In this document: piece by piece, positions 1-13,729 of the stretch
Numbering within the stretch: position 1 is the stretch's first letter
Layout of the letters: every line of letters starts with the position of its first letter
Assembly: GCF_963921235.1 (NCBI RefSeq)
Contig: NC_086109.1
Span: 30,940,001 to 31,004,000 of the forward strand
DNA from: Mobula hypostoma
Lineage: Eukaryota
Reading direction: 5' to 3'
DNA length: 64,000 nucleotides
Program-made: the position numbers and the translations under genes
Notes under the pieces: model-generated
The model's database searches: none
Seen by the model: the letters and a program-made list of their open reading frames with translations, nothing else
Told to the model about the DNA's origin: nothing

Positions 1-1454
1 TGGTTTCCCCACGCTCTTCCCAATTTTCATGAGTTTATGCCTTATTACTAAATTAATGGGGTGCTACTTTTAGCTATCCAAACCAAATGTTATAATGGAT
101 GTTAAATTCTTAAATTAGAATATGTGTCCTTTTGTAGGATTCCATGCAACAGCTTGCATGAGAGAATAGGGGCCATTATTTAGTGCCTTCCCTGATCAAG
201 AATCTTCCACAACCACAGAAGCTATCAAGTGATTTTAATTCTGCACCACCACATCCTGCTCTAAACCCAGTCCCTGGCTGATGACAGCAGTAACATGAAA
301 CTGAAGTTATTACTCCTGTTGGATAACAAACCATGTAATCAATTTGTGTTGAGTGTGTGGATATTAATTTCCATCAAATTTTTGGCCTTTTATTTGGTTA
401 CCCAGTGCTGAACTTTGGCCAAAAAAATCAGCTTTAGACTCAAATGTAATGACTGCTTTGAAATTATTTTGTGTAGGTGCATTAATTAACATGGGAAAAT
501 GAAAAAAAAATGTTACAGATAACTTTTCATAATTCATTTTAACAACTATTTGCAATTTGCATCCATTTTATGACGAATGTTGGTGCTTTGCTGGCAGCAA
601 TGCTATGTTCTAGTTTCACCTGACTAAGCCGCAATCTGACTCTATTTGTAGTATTAGGCTGGCAGAATTATAAAATTCAATGATCATTTCTGCAAGCTTA
701 CTTACGTCCAAAATGCAAGGTAGCACTTTCTGTTTTAAGCTACTGGACAATTACCAAGCTTATTTAAAAATAAACCATGCATCCAGGAGTGGTAACAGCT
801 TGGTCTAACCTTGGAAGAGAAAGCTTTCTGGCTAAATGAGTGTTTTTATTGTAGGCTGGCTGGAACTATGACTGAGACTGACTTCACTTGTACTGTGTAG
901 GCAGTGGGAAGACATAACATCACATCACAAAGCTATAAAATAGCTCATTTTTTTTTTACATATTCCAGTACTAAGCAGTAAAATATCACAGAAAAGGACA
1001 GACATTCAGACTTGGTCAGTATTGCTACTCACGACAAAGCGGAGTTAGTAATTGTGCGATTCCTCTGAAATGCTTTTCATTCACTCTGAGTTTAATTCCT
1101 TAGTTTTTGAATTACAATAAACTGATGATCTCATGCATTTTGCACCCATGGTCTACAAATTTCTTGGCATATCTCCTTCTTCAGGTACTCAGTAATTTAT
1201 GAAAACAGAATGTTGGTCATGAAATTGGCTCTGCGGCACCTGTTGCTTGGATACTTTGTGCAATGATTTGGCTTGGAGGTTTATGTGTGACATATGCATC
1301 CATATGTTTAGTTGCACATAAGAAGATTGGCTGTTGCTGTAAAGCAAATTAAGTAGAAGTTGGTGACTAGGCAAAGCTCAAACACCATTTATAAATTTAC
1401 CAATGACACCACTCTTGGCAGAATCTCAGATAGAAACAAAGAGGCATATAGGTG

Positions 1455-2280
1455 CTGTTCAGGTGGTGCTGCAATGATAACCTTGCACTCAATGTCAGCA
1501 AGACCAAGGAATTGATTGTGGACTTCAGGAAGTAGAAGTTGAGTGAACCCTCACTAATCCTTATTGAAGGGACATCAGTGGAAAGGGTGAGTAGGTTCTA
1601 ATTCCTGGCTGACAACATCTCTGTAGATCTATTCTAGGCCCCAACGTGACAAAGGGATGCCAGCAGCTACGTGCCTGCATACTTTTGTGCATTGAGTTGC
1701 TGCCAGATAATTGGCTGATTAGATATTTGTATTAATGAGCAGGTGTACAGGTGCACCTACTAAAGTGACTACTGAGTATATACTTCACTAGGAGTTTGAG
1801 GAGATTTGGTAGGACACCAAAAGCTCCAGTAAATTTCTTCAACATACCATTCTGACTGGTCACATCAGCATCTGGTATGGGGGCACCAATCAAAAGACTG
1901 TAAGAGACTTGAGAGAGTTATGGCTCAGCCAACTCCATTAAGGGTACAAGCTTCCCACTATTGAGGACATCTACCAAAGATGATGCCTCAAGAGGATGGC
2001 ATCCATCATTAAGGCCCCTCACTATCTGGGACATGCACTCTTCTCATTAGTAAAATGAGAGAATTGGTACAGGAGCCTCAAGACCCACACTTAATGTTTT
2101 AGGACCAGCTTCTTCCCCTCTGTCATCAAATTTCTGAACAGCCCATTAATCCGGGAACACTACCTCACTATCTTGCTGTACGCTATTTGTTTATTTAATT
2201 TTTATTGTAACTTATCGTAGCTTGTTATGCCTGCACTTCAGTGTTGCCACAAAGTAACAACATTCCTGAGTTATTTTTAT
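1455..2280 (+). mobile_element. Decayed L2/Rex1-Babar-type LINE 3' fragment, interrupted by a Tc1 end (~1660-1780)
   Basis: Degenerate RT C-terminal coding (ctcaatgtcagcaagaccaaggaattgattgtggacttcagg = LNVSKTKELIVDFR); gcatccatcattaagg segment recurs at ~33075; Tc1 end acctactaaagtgactactgagta at ~1755-1778. Confidence 0.7.
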
Positions 2281-2369
2281 GATTCTGTTTCTGTGTTCAT
2301 TTAACTCTTACATTCAAATAATTCACTGGTTTACTGAACTCCAAAAAAAAAAGATGTTTTGTAGTTGAA

Positions 2370-2690
2370 GTAGAGCAACATAGAGGGGATGCTTCCAATA
2401 GTGGGTGAGCCTAGGACTCGAGGGATGTTTCTTTAGAACAGGGATGAGGAGCCAGAAAGGCTAGTGAGTCTGTGGAATTCATGGCTGTAGACAACTATAG
2501 AGGCCGCATCACTGGGTGTATTTAAATTGGAGCTTGATAGGTTCTTGTTTAGTGAGGGTATTAAAGGCTATGAACAGAAGGCAGGAGAATGAGGTTCACA
2601 GGAAAAATAAATTAGCCATGATAGAATGATGGAACAGACCCAATGGGTTGAATTGTCCAATTCTGTTCCTAAGTTTTATGATCTTGTGAA
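2370..2690 (+). mobile_element. CR1 LINE 3' fragment (decayed)
   Basis: Similar to the 3' part of the CR1 copies at 41200-41690 and 53655-54548. Confidence 0.7.
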
Positions 2691-3569
2691 ATTCGGGATT
2701 TGTGATGAGTGACAACTAAACCGATGGTGGGATTTCGCTTCCTCTTATGATCTTCACCGGCAGAAAAATTGGTCTTTAGTCAGTTGGATTCACTCCACTT
2801 GGTATCCAGTAATGGCTAAGAGCGCCTATTACATTAAAGGCAATGGTTTCAATATTCTGGCTTTGGTATGAAAGACCTGCATTCCAGGATTAGTTAAATA
2901 ATCATCTCCTGACTTCCCAAAGCCTTTTACATCGTCAAGGCAAAGATGATATCACATGGATGCTCTCTGTCCAGTAGTGACTCTAACTGGCAGATTAATT
3001 ATGTTACCCATTTTCCAGTGCTGTCCAAATAATCCCTTAATAGTTCCTCCATACTACAAGCTGAACATATTAAGTTTTAAGAAATGAACAACTTTTGAGC
3101 AAGCTGCTCATATTTCACTCAAAGTTTTAATGGTCTCCTGGTAAATTCAAACTGCTCTATGCAATATGTGTACATAATTAAACTGTATGCCTCATAGGTG
3201 GAATATGAATTCAGATCTGCCACTAAGTAATTTGCCTTTTTGGATGATATGGCAAAGACCCAAATAAATGTCAAAGTGATAGGTAATTCTGATTGGAAGT
3301 TTAGGAAAAGTGGTTTTGCTATAACACCAAAAAAGACTTTTTCATTTTGAATTGTTTTAGGTCTATATGATAGCACAGCAGCAGCTAAATTTATTTATTA
3401 AGATTATTTGTATAATATGAGATCCTTAATCATTTTCAGATGGATGTAGAGAAAAAGTTGTAAAAGTAGGTTTCTGATGAAAAAACATTAAAAATAAAAA
3501 TTGGTTCTGTTTTGTACATTGAAATATATAGTGAAATTTGTTGCTTTTATCAAATCAAATCAGTGAGGA

Positions 3570-3770
3570 TTGTGTTGGTTGTCAATGTAACATGCCCACA
3601 GCTCACTTTCCCTAACTGTGCATCTCTGGAATATGCAAGGAAACTAGAAACTGGAGCACCCAGAGGAAACCTACACAATTACAGGGAGAGCATACAGACT
3701 CCTTATAGACAGTGATGGGAATCGAACCCCTATCTTAGAGCTGGTACTGTAAAGAGTGGAACTAACCAAT
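3570..3770 (-). mobile_element. HE1/V-SINE-type tRNA-derived SINE (decayed)
   Basis: Reverse complement of core gtttcctctgggtgctccagttt and a B-box-like ggttcgattcc (gggaatcgaaccc on +). Confidence 0.65.
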
Positions 3771-4194
3771 ACTCAAAACTTGCCTCAAATATACACCTGT
3801 ATACCAATCTCATGGTTACTCATACATTATGTATTTACATGGCTTCCAATGTCTTCAAGGCCTCTCTAACAATGCTAAGCACAGCATTTCATAAGCAGTT
3901 ACAGGGTTTGATTGGCACATTGCCTGGACTGCCTTCTTGGCCTTCCATTAGCTCATACTGCCAAAGGCTTTTTCAACTGTTTCAAAATGTATCTGACATA
4001 TATTTGATAAAAATCATATATTTAAAATCAATTGAAATAAATAAATCATTTAAGAATTCAATAAACTGTTGAGAAATAATTTGGATTATAAACATAAACT
4101 GAAATAAGGAAAGAAACAATAGACTTGTCCTGCAACACACATCAAAGTTGCCGGTGAACGCAGCAGGCCAGGCAGCATCTCTAGGAAGAGGTAC

Positions 4195-4230
4195 AGTTGA
4201 CGTTTCAGGCCGAGACCCTTCGTCAGGACT
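4195..4230 (-). ncRNA. Minimal type I hammerhead ribozyme motif (stem I base mismatch)
   Basis: Reverse complement reads AGTC-CTGACGA-AGGGTCTCGGCCT-GAAA-CGTC-AACT. Confidence 0.75.
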
Positions 4231-4318
4231 AACTGAAGGAAGAGTTAGTAAGAGATTTTCTTACTAACTCTTCCTTCAGTTAGTCCTGACAAATCTCTTA
4301 CTAACTCTTCCTTCAGTT

Positions 4319-4354
4319 AGTCCTGACGAAGGGTCTCAGCCTGAAACGTCAACT
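4319..4354 (+). ncRNA. Minimal type I hammerhead ribozyme motif (stem I base mismatch)
   Basis: AGTC-CTGACGA-AGGGTCTCAGCCT-GAAA-CGTC-AACT. Confidence 0.75.
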
Positions 4355-5869
4355 GTACCTCTTCCTAGAGATGCTGCCTGGCCTGCTGCGTTCACCGGCA
4401 ACTTTGATGTGTGTTGCTTGATTTTCCAGCATCTGCAGAATTCCTGTTGTTTATGTTTTAAAATAGACTTGTCCTTCACTTTTTATTCTTATGAAGGTCA
4501 GTGACTCAATTCAGTTGAATGGGGGTGCACTCAATGCGCTTAACCAGTAACTGATATAAAGCTAAGGAACTGGATACAAATTGTGTCTGACCTGTCAGCT
4601 CAGCAGGATTTATAAGAAGCTGTGGACACGTAGTGAGTCCAGCAGCAGAGCAAGACATCGAACGAACTAGCAACTGACTTGAAGCAAAATTGAACAAAGA
4701 AATTATGAGCAGCCTGACGGCAGTTCCTTAATGAATGGCTGGCAAAAATTAATTATGAACTGGCTTAGTAACTTCCTTTTTTTATTCCAGCATTACTTTT
4801 GACATTTATTAGTAGTTTTCATTTTAGTTTTACTGCAGTACCACCCCATTATTGGGCTCAGTCAGTCGTCCATATGAAACATGTTTAATTGTACATACTG
4901 ACATATTTTAGTTTTAATTTTTAGCTCCCTTCTAAAACATGCACTGATGTTGCGCTATCTTTGTAATCTCCCATCCAGTTTACTTCTCCATCCGTTTATT
5001 GCCCCAGTTTCCAACTTAAGGCTGCAAAGGATAACACTCCTAATGAACATTAAACATTCCCTTTGACAATGTTAAGCTAATATTGATACTCAAGACAAAA
5101 TGAAAACGTTGTTAGCTTAAGCACTTCCAAATTTCATTTAGTATGAAGTCATTATAAATTTTACATTCTCATTAGCTTCATCTAAATAGTTCTCTCCATT
5201 TTACTGTGGGTTTCTGTTATAAATATGCATAAAATACAAGTAATATGGCAATAATTGTTACATGAGGTGTGGCTCCTATTTTAGCTCATAAGCACAAATA
5301 CGATCAGTTCCAGGTTGCTAAAAAAATTCAACTGGGCACCCTTCGATGGCAAGGTCAGTATGGATGACTTCATTTCCTTTGCATTGTTCCTTTTGGAGAG
5401 TTGAAAGGAAACTTTAACTGTGTCATCCTAGGGGCACACACTGGGCATTTCCAGGACAACATGGTTTTATACTCACAATGCCTGCTTGCAAAATAACTAC
5501 TTATCTTGTCAACATAGCTCAACAATTTTCATTCCCTGCATCCAGTGATCTGCAATTCTGCCCTCTTCTCTTCATATTGCCACTAAAGAAATTCCATCCA
5601 TCTCTGTCCCCTCCTTCACTGAGCAGTAGTGCAGGAGAATCTTAATTCAGTACTCCTTCACTACAGATGGTTGTAAAATTGCGCAAGCTTCATTTGGGTG
5701 CATCTGAACTTCAATGTCATAGGAGAACAACCCAATTATTGTTATCTGATTCCTTTTGTTTTGTTCCAGTATGTCCTGTTGTGTGCAGCACAATTCCTGA
5801 TTGACTCACCTTCAGTTCCCAGTACCATTATCATTCATCATACCTTTTGGTGACTGTTCCTTCAACAAG

Positions 5870-8720
5870 ATAAACATTGAACAATAAGCACAGGACAGGA
5901 CCAATGGCAAACAATATTGTGTCAAACTAATTAGTTCAGTAATCAAATGCCCAATTAAACTAGTCCCTTTTGCCTACACAATGTCTATTTCCTGCACATT
6001 CATGCACCATTCTAAGAACCTCTTGAAAACCTATTTGATTCCAGCAATACCCCAAGCACTAAATTCTGGGCACACAGAACTCTCTTAGTAAACTAAAAAC
6101 TTGTCTTTCACATTTCCTTTGAACTTACCACCCCTCAGCTTAAATCCATGTCCTTTAGTAATAGACATTTCAACCCTGGGTAAAAGAAATTGGCTGTCTG
6201 ATCTCTTTAGACTTCTCATATCTTATAAACCTCTGTCAGATCGTCCCCCAGCTTCTACCACTGGGGTAGAAGAGAAATTCAAGTTTCCCAACTTTTCCTT
6301 ATAGCACATGCTGCCTAATCCAGGCAGCATCCTGGTAAACCATTTCTTCAGCCTCTCCAAAATTCCACAATCTTCCTACAATGGGGTGACCAGAATTGAG
6401 CGCAATACTCCAGATGCAGTCTTTAACTACAATTTCATGAAGTATCAGCATAACTTCCCAACCCTTTAACTCAATTCCTCAGTTACTAAAGGCAACATGT
6501 CCTGTTTCTTCTTTACCACCCTTACCGTCTGTCTAGCCACTTTCAGGGAGCTTGGACAGCAAGATCCTTCTGCACATTGACACTGTTAAGGATCTTGTCA
6601 TTAGGAATTTACTGGCCCTTACATTGGGTAACAGTTCACATTTAACCAGGTTAAATGCAGTATGTCAATTTGCCACCAATATCTTTAACTGATCTATATC
6701 CCACTATATCCTTTGCCAGTCCTCATTGCTATCTACAATACCACCAATTTTCGTACCTTTTGCAAATTACTTACCCACCCATCTATGTTTTCATTCAGGT
6801 TACATACCCTTAGTGGTCACTTTATTAGGTACCTCTTGTACATAAAGTGGCCACTTCATTATGCTCACGGCCTTCTCCTGCTGTTGCCGTTCCACTTCAA
6901 GGTTTGATGTGTTGTGCATTTAGAGATGCTTTACTGCACGCTGCAGTTATAAAGTGTGGTTATTTGAGTCACTGTTGCCTTCTTGTCAGCTTGAACCAGT
7001 CTGACGATTTTCCTCTGATCTTTTTCATTAACAAGGCATTTTCACCCATAGAACTGCACTCACTGGATTTTTTTTTTGTTTTTCACACCATTCCATGGAA
7101 ACTCTAGAGACTGTTGTGTGTGAAAATCCCTGATGATCAGCAGTTTCTGAGATACTGAAACCACCCTATCTGGCTCTAACAGTCATTCCATGGTCTTCCC
7201 CATTCTGATGTTTGGCCTGAACAACAACCAAACCACATGACCATCTCTGCATATTTTCATGGACTGAGTTGCTGTCATATGATTGGCTGATGAGATATTT
7301 GCATGAAGGAGCCAGTGTACCTAATAAAGTGGCCACTGATTGTTGTGTTTATTTATATATATATATAATTAACACCGGTAGTCTCACGCTGCCAGTCAGA
7401 ATAAGCCCCTTTGACCACTATCCTCAGCTTTCTACATACAAGCCAATTTCTTAAACTGAATAGCTAATCCATCGTGGATCCTATGCATCTTAATCTTCTG
7501 GATGAGCCTTCCAGTCGGGATCTCGTCAATGCCTTAATAAAATCCATACAGACAACATCCACAACTCTACCTTCATCAATCATCTTTTTTCACCACCTCA
7601 AAAAAACTTTATCAAATTAATTATACAGAATTTGCACAAAGCGATGATTAATAGGCCATGGTTTCCCAAATTTTCAAAAATCATATCCCTAAAACTCCTC
7701 TTTATTAACTTCCCTACCACTATGTGGGACTCATCAACCATAGTTTCCAGTATCATCCATATTTCCTTTCTTGAATCATGGAACAACATTGGCTACCCAC
7801 CAGTCCTCTGAGACCTTGCCTATTGCTAGAGAGGACATAGAGATATTGGTCAAGGCACCAACAATCTCATATCTTGCCTCTTTCAATGACCTAGGGTATA
7901 TCCATTAGGGTCTGGATATATCCCATCAAGCTCTACGGACATCCACCAAAATGTACTTTAAGAGACCCAACACTATTACCTATTTCGTTACCTCAAAATT
8001 CCCTAGCAAATTATCATGTTCCACACCAATCCTCATCCTCCTCATCCTTCTCCTTGGGAAATACTGATGCAGAGTACTCATTTAGGTCCATACCCACATC
8101 CTCCATCTCCAAGCGTATGTTCCCTTCTTTACTCTTAAGTGATTCTACTTAAGCTCCCTAGTTCTCTTCTTGCTCTTGATCATGTACAGTATAGAATGCC
8201 TTGGGATTCTCTTCAATCTAACTTTAAGGCCCCTCATCATTTTTTAATTCTGTTGAGTTCTTTTATAGATTCTTTATAATTCACAAGGGCTCTGTTCAAT
8301 TTTAGCTTCCTAAACTTCACATATGTTTTCTTTTCCTTGACTAAATTCACTACCTCCCTTAACATGAAAGTTCCCATAGCTTGTGATACTTGTGTTCCTT
8401 CTATCCTGCACTCTGTGCAGTTCACCTTTGGACACCTTTCACTTATCAGATGTGGAATTGCCCAAAACAGTTGCTACCAGTTAATTCTCCTTAGTTCCTG
8501 CCTAATTCCCTCATAATTTTCCCTCCTCCAGTTTAAGTCTCTCAATACAAGCTCCATACGTATCTATAGCTACTTTAAAACTTAAGGAATTGTGATCACT
8601 GTTCCGAAGCGTTTCTGACTGAAAGGTCAGTCACTTGGCCAGGCTCATTACCCAACACCAGGTTCAGTATGGCCCCTTCTCTTGCTAGACTGTGTACATA
8701 TTGATAAAACCCTCCTGGAT
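5870..8720 (-). mobile_element. Decayed CR1 LINE (RT region), split by a Tc1 derivative
   Basis: Reverse-strand remnants of CR1 RT motifs (LEYCAQFWSP at ~6385-6415; VDEGRVVDVVCMDF at ~7540-7580). Confidence 0.75.
6807..7342 (-). mobile_element. Non-autonomous Tc1/mariner element
   Basis: TIRs agtggtcactttattaggtac / gtacctaataaagtggccact; interior is the reverse complement of the 19378-19888 family. Confidence 0.85.
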
Positions 8721-9197
8721 AACGATGAAACTCTGAAGCTGTTCTCCACTAATTGTCTCTATATTATCATCTCCTTGAATGCTATCTTCATGCTATGCAT
8801 AATTTAAGCTTTTAATAAGTTACATACATATAAAGAGGAACTTCAAAAACATGTAATGGAGATGGGAATGATCAGGGGCTGATAAAATACTGATATAGAT
8901 TTGCCTTTGATTTGCTGCATTATCACAAGCAGTTGAAAGGCTAACTAGCATGTAATTTCTCTCCCTCCTCCACCCTTCCCCACCGGTAAAGCTTTCCTGT
9001 AAATTCTATTTTATAGGATTATTTAACACCAGAGGTTTTAGTTTTCCAGATTATTTTATTTTATTCTCCATTCCATCCTGCCAAACTTTTAGAGGGTTTA
9101 TATTATAAATGTTCTTGCATAAAAGCACCTGTTCCCTAGACTCGGCTGAATTTAATGTTTTGGGATGTTTTTAGTTTCAAGTTTCACAAAACATTTC

Positions 9198-9277
9198 CAG
9201 ATGTTCCCAACCTTTTTTATGACATGGACACTACCATTAACCAAGGGGCCTTTGGACCCCTAGGTTGAGAAACCCAG
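9198..9277. mobile_element. Tiny hAT (Charlie-like) MITE
   Basis: Imperfect TIRs cagatgttcccaacct / aggttgagaaacccag resembling the TIR of the 24066-27071 element. Confidence 0.5.
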
Positions 9278-9457
9278 CTTGACATTTTACAGGTGGATAT
9301 TATTAGACTTGATTATTATCTGTTTGTCATTAATTATTTGAAACTACTTACATCTGCCACCTTACTTTTCTTTCTATGTGTTTATGGACTTTCCCTTCAA
9401 TGTTATTACTTTCAAGATTTGTGAGTTAATTCCCTGCCATACTTATCACCAATAAAA

Positions 9458-9500
9458 GTGTGTGTGTGTGTGTGTGTGTGTTTGTTTGTTTGTTTGTTTT
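9458..9500. repeat. Compound microsatellite (GT)n(TTTG)n
   Basis: Seen directly. Confidence 0.95.
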
Positions 9501-11502
9501 GTACAATGGAACTGACATGCTCAGATTCTGTTATTAGAGGAATCACTTATTTACTATTAGATGATCCATCTCCTCCTCCTTTTTAGAGTTGATTTTTGTC
9601 CAAACTGCTATGATCTTTCGACATTTCATCGGAATGGATTTTTAAGCTGATCAAGTCAACCAGCAGGGCTGTAGCTGAGGCAGCAGAGAAAGGATCAGCA
9701 TGGGTGTGGACCAAGTATGTCCAGAGGGGCAGATAGTCAGACAGTGTATACATATCTTGCAAACCCTTCAGTAGTTGCATAGACACCTGAAGAGCAGACT
9801 ATCTGTTGGATGGAAGTGACCAACAACTCTGATAGAGGCAGATGCCAAGTTTTTAAGCTCACCAGTGGGAGGTGGTGCTTTAACACTGCTGGCCCACCAC
9901 CTTGAGGGAGTCTTGATCATAAGCGGGCTGAAACTCCTGAAGGCAGGTGGCAGATCAACTGATGATCCCACTGGTGATAGCACAGGACAGTTAACATCTT
10001 AGTCCACGTATATATTTTTTAACTCTTTTGTTCCTTCCTTGACCTTAATTACTTCTACACAATCATTGTTGTGCATGTTGCCCATTCCTCTTTGCATTTA
10101 TATTATTAATTATATCTAATTTTCACCTTGTATTCCTATTTAATAGATTTCTCTTTCCTATTATAGATTTCTTTTCAGATTACTACTGCCATTGTTTAAA
10201 TTTAAAAGAATCCTCTTCAAAACCCACACCAATCTAATCACAACTTGGATCCACTTCTGATCACAACACTTTCAAGCTTTCCAGTATTTCACAAATCACT
10301 TTTCTGAATGCATTGTGAGATTCAAGCTTAATGACACATGCTCACTTTTGAGCTCTCTCTGTAACAGCACTGGCTTATTGTATTTCAAAGCTGCTTTTGA
10401 CTATAGTTCCATTTTATCCTTCATCAAACTCAGTGTATTAGGATACTTCTGGGGGACTGTGTATATGTATTGGTGGATGGGAGGAATGGGGCTTGTTTAA
10501 CTGTTTTTGTTTTGTTGTTTCTGTGTTGTGTGTGTGTTCTGCTGAGCTTTGTGGACATGCTACGTTGGCACCAGGATGTGTGGCAACACTTGTGTGCTGC
10601 CCCCAGCATGTCCTCGGGTATGTTGGTTGTTAACACAAATGGCACATTTCACTGTATGTTCCAATATACACATGATAAATAAATTTGAATCTTAAATATT
10701 CTGCATATTCATATTTGCTTCTTAAACCCACAAGTACTTCTAAGAATTAACTTCCCTGCTGGCTCAAAATGGCTGAAACCTAATCTAAGTGCTAACTTCT
10801 TGTCCCATTCCCTTTAAAATTTGTGTAAGCTTGTCACATGTTCATTGTGGAAACTGATAATCTGCACCAATAAATTTTGTGGGCACGCCATCCAGAGATA
10901 TGTCACAAACTCTTAGATGTCACTTTATACGTCCAGGGCTTTTTTGCATGTGACTCCCATACAAATGGAAGATCAAACACTGTTTGGTATCATTCATCAA
11001 AGGTTTAGTAAGTATGGTTTTTCTGATTAAATTATATAGTATAGTTCATATAATCTTTGCACAAGGTGATAACATTTCAAGCCCACGTCTCTTCATTTGA
11101 CAGGGACTGCTTCTGTTGAGGGCTCCCACTTTGTCACCTTACCAATTGCTCTCGTTAGAAATAATTACCATCCCTCCAAGTGAAATCTTTAATTATAAGT
11201 CAGTCTTTGCTTCTGTATCATTTGATTCTAGCTAATCTCCTGATCCCACTGAAAACCCAAATTAAAAAAATGATTAATCTTTGACTGCTAACAGTAAGCA
11301 GCTAAAACAGGTCTTCCACTAAATTAAATAGAATCAGATGCTGGGAGATGAGTACATCCAATGGCTGATACTCATGTATGCATTTGAAACAAGTTACCAA
11401 AGGCAAATTTCTCCTTTAATGTATACTCAGCTCTTAACTGATTTTATACCACCTCATAGTAATTAATAAAGCTCAAAAAACATACTTGAAAGGTTGTACA
11501 AT

Positions 11503-11974
11503 CAGAAACTAGAGAAGATCTACAGGTGGTGGAAATCCAAGCAACACAGTCAAAATGAGGAACTCAGCAGGCTAGGCAGCATCTATGGAAAAGAGTACAG
11601 TCAATGCTTTGGAGAGAAAAAGATGAGGAGTCAGAATAAGAAAGTGGTGAGCTGGAGGAAAAACTATGAGGTGAGGGGTGAAACTGGGATGGGAGGAGGG
11701 GTGAAGTAAAGAGCTTTGAATTTGATTGGTGAAAGAAATACAGGGCTAAAGAAGGGTGAATCTGATAGGAGAAGACAGAAGGCCATGGAAGAAAAAAAAG
11801 GGGGAGGAGCACCAGATGGAGAGAGGTGATAGGCTGGTATGGAGATGAGGTGAGAGGAAAATTGGAATGGGGAATGGTGAAGGCTGCTCGGACAGAATAT
11901 AAGATGTTGCTCCTCCAATCTGAGTGTGCTGCTTGGCCTGCTGGGTTCCTCCAGCATTTTGTATGTATTGCTTA
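11503..11974. mobile_element. Older Penelope-like insertion with short inverted arm
   Basis: TSD gaaaggttgtacaat 11488-11502 / gaaaggttatacaat 11975-11989 (1 mismatch); LRLEEQHLIF remnant on minus; inverted arm ~11927-11973. Confidence 0.8.
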
Positions 11975-12555
11975 GAAAGGTTATACAATGTCTTTAATTA
12001 AGTTCTCTAAGTCCACTGATTAGTTCTTCATTCTGAATTAGTCTCTGTTCAGAGTTTCATTGCCTGCCAGCTTAAAATGGAATCCTTTTCTATTTTATAC
12101 CTGCGTGCTCTGTTTAGGGATAGAGACCAGTAGATTGTTATATTCTTTCAGAATAAAGATAGCAATAAGAAATAGTGATAGAAGAGTTATAGAGGGGTAT
12201 GGATCTAATATGGGTAAATGGGACTGTGATTGATATGGAAAAAGTGGGTTGAAACAGCCCATTTCTGTGCATTTTATGAATTTTATTGTATTCTTTGAAG
12301 AGTAAACAGAAAGTATAGGTGAGGGCAAAGTGCTTGAATTGGATTTCATGAATGGAAAAGACCGTGGCTGATTGTCTAGGTGTATAATAATGAGTCAGGT
12401 AACAGCGAATTGAAAGTTAGCCAGGAAATAAAGATAAGAGCTAAGGGTAATTTTACCAAACAACAGGAATTCTGCAGATGCTGGAAATTCAAGCAACACA
12501 TATCAAAGTTGCTGGTGAACGCAGCAGGCCAGGCAGCATCTATAGGAAGAGGCGC

Positions 12556-12591
12556 AGTCGACGTTTCAGGCCGAGACCCTTCGTCAGGACT
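12556..12591 (-). ncRNA. Minimal type I hammerhead ribozyme (intact)
   Basis: Reverse complement reads AGTC-CTGACGA-AGGGTCTCGGCCT-GAAA-CGTC-GACT; stem I AGTC/GACT is perfect. Confidence 0.85.
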
Positions 12592-13059
12592 AACTGAAGG
12601 AAGAGTGAGTAAGGGATTTGAAAGCTGGAGGGGGAGGGGGAGATGCAAAATGATAGGAGAAGACAGGAGGGGGAGGGATAGAGCTGAGAGCTGGACAGGT
12701 GATAGGCAGAAGGGGATACGAGAGGATCATGGGACAGGAGGTCCGGGAAGAAAGACGGGGTGGGGGTGACCCAGAGGATGGGCAAGAGGTATATTCAGAG
12801 GGACAGAGGGAGAAAAAGGAGAGTGAGAGAAAGAATGTGTGCATAAAAAAGAGTAACAGATGGGGTACGAGGGGGAGGTGGGGCCTAGCGGAAGTTAGAG
12901 AAGTCAATATTCATGCCATCAGGTTGGAGGCTACCCATACGGAATATAAGGTGTTGTTCCTCCAACCTGAGTGTGGCTTCATCTTTACAGTAGAGGAGGC
13001 CGTGGATAGACATGTCAGAATGGGACAGTAGAGGAGGCCGTGGATAGACATGTCAGAAT

Positions 13060-13729
13060 TTCACGTACATCTGCTCTCACTCCATCCTCCCACCACCCCA
13101 CTAGGAATAGGGCTCCCCTGGTCCTCACCTACCACCCCACCAGCCTCCGGGTCCAACATATTATTCTCCGTAACTTCCGCCACCTCCAACGGGATCCCAC
13201 CACTAAGCATATCTTTCCCTCCCCCCCTCTCTCTGCATTCCGCAGGGATCGCTCCCTACACAACTCCCTTGTCCATTCGTCCCCCCCCAACCTCCCCACA
13301 GATCTCCCTCCTGGCACTTATCCGTGTAAGCGGAACAAGTGCTACACATGCCCTTACACTTCCTCCCTTACCACCATTCAGGGCCCCAAACAGTCCTTCC
13401 AGGTGAGGCATCACTTCACCTGTGAGTCGACTGGGGTGATATACTGCGTCCGGTGCTCCCGATGTGGCCTTTTATATATTGGTGAGACCCGACGCAGACT
13501 GGGAGACCGCTTTGCTGAACATCTACGCTCTGTCCGCCAGAGAAAGCAGGATCTCCCAGTGGCCACACATTTTAATTCCACATCCCATTCCCATTCTGAC
13601 ATGTCTATCCACGGCCTCCTCTACTGTAAAGATGAAGCCACACTCAGGTTGGAGGAACAACACCTTATATTCCGTCTGGGTAGCCTCCAACCTGATGGCA
13701 TGAACATTGACTTCTCTAACTTCCGCTAG
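13060..13729 (+). CDS. C-terminal part of PLE ORF: Cys-rich linker and GIY-YIG endonuclease (5'-truncated, frame open to its stop)
   Basis: GVIYCVRCSRCGLLYIGETRRRLGDRFAEH...VATHF...LEEQHLIFRLGSLQPDGMN shows the GIY-YIG motif with CxxC..H..H; CKRNKCYTC linker is typical of Neptune PLEs. Confidence 0.92.

Larger units (their letters stand above)
4132..4461. mobile_element. Short Penelope-like insertion made of two inverted 3'-end (pLTR) arms, each with a hammerhead motif
   Basis: TSD aatagacttgtcct at 4118-4131 and 4462-4475; arm ~4132-4258 is the reverse complement of ~4291-4417; same sequence family as the 3' end of the GIY-YIG element at 13730-14124. Confidence 0.9.
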
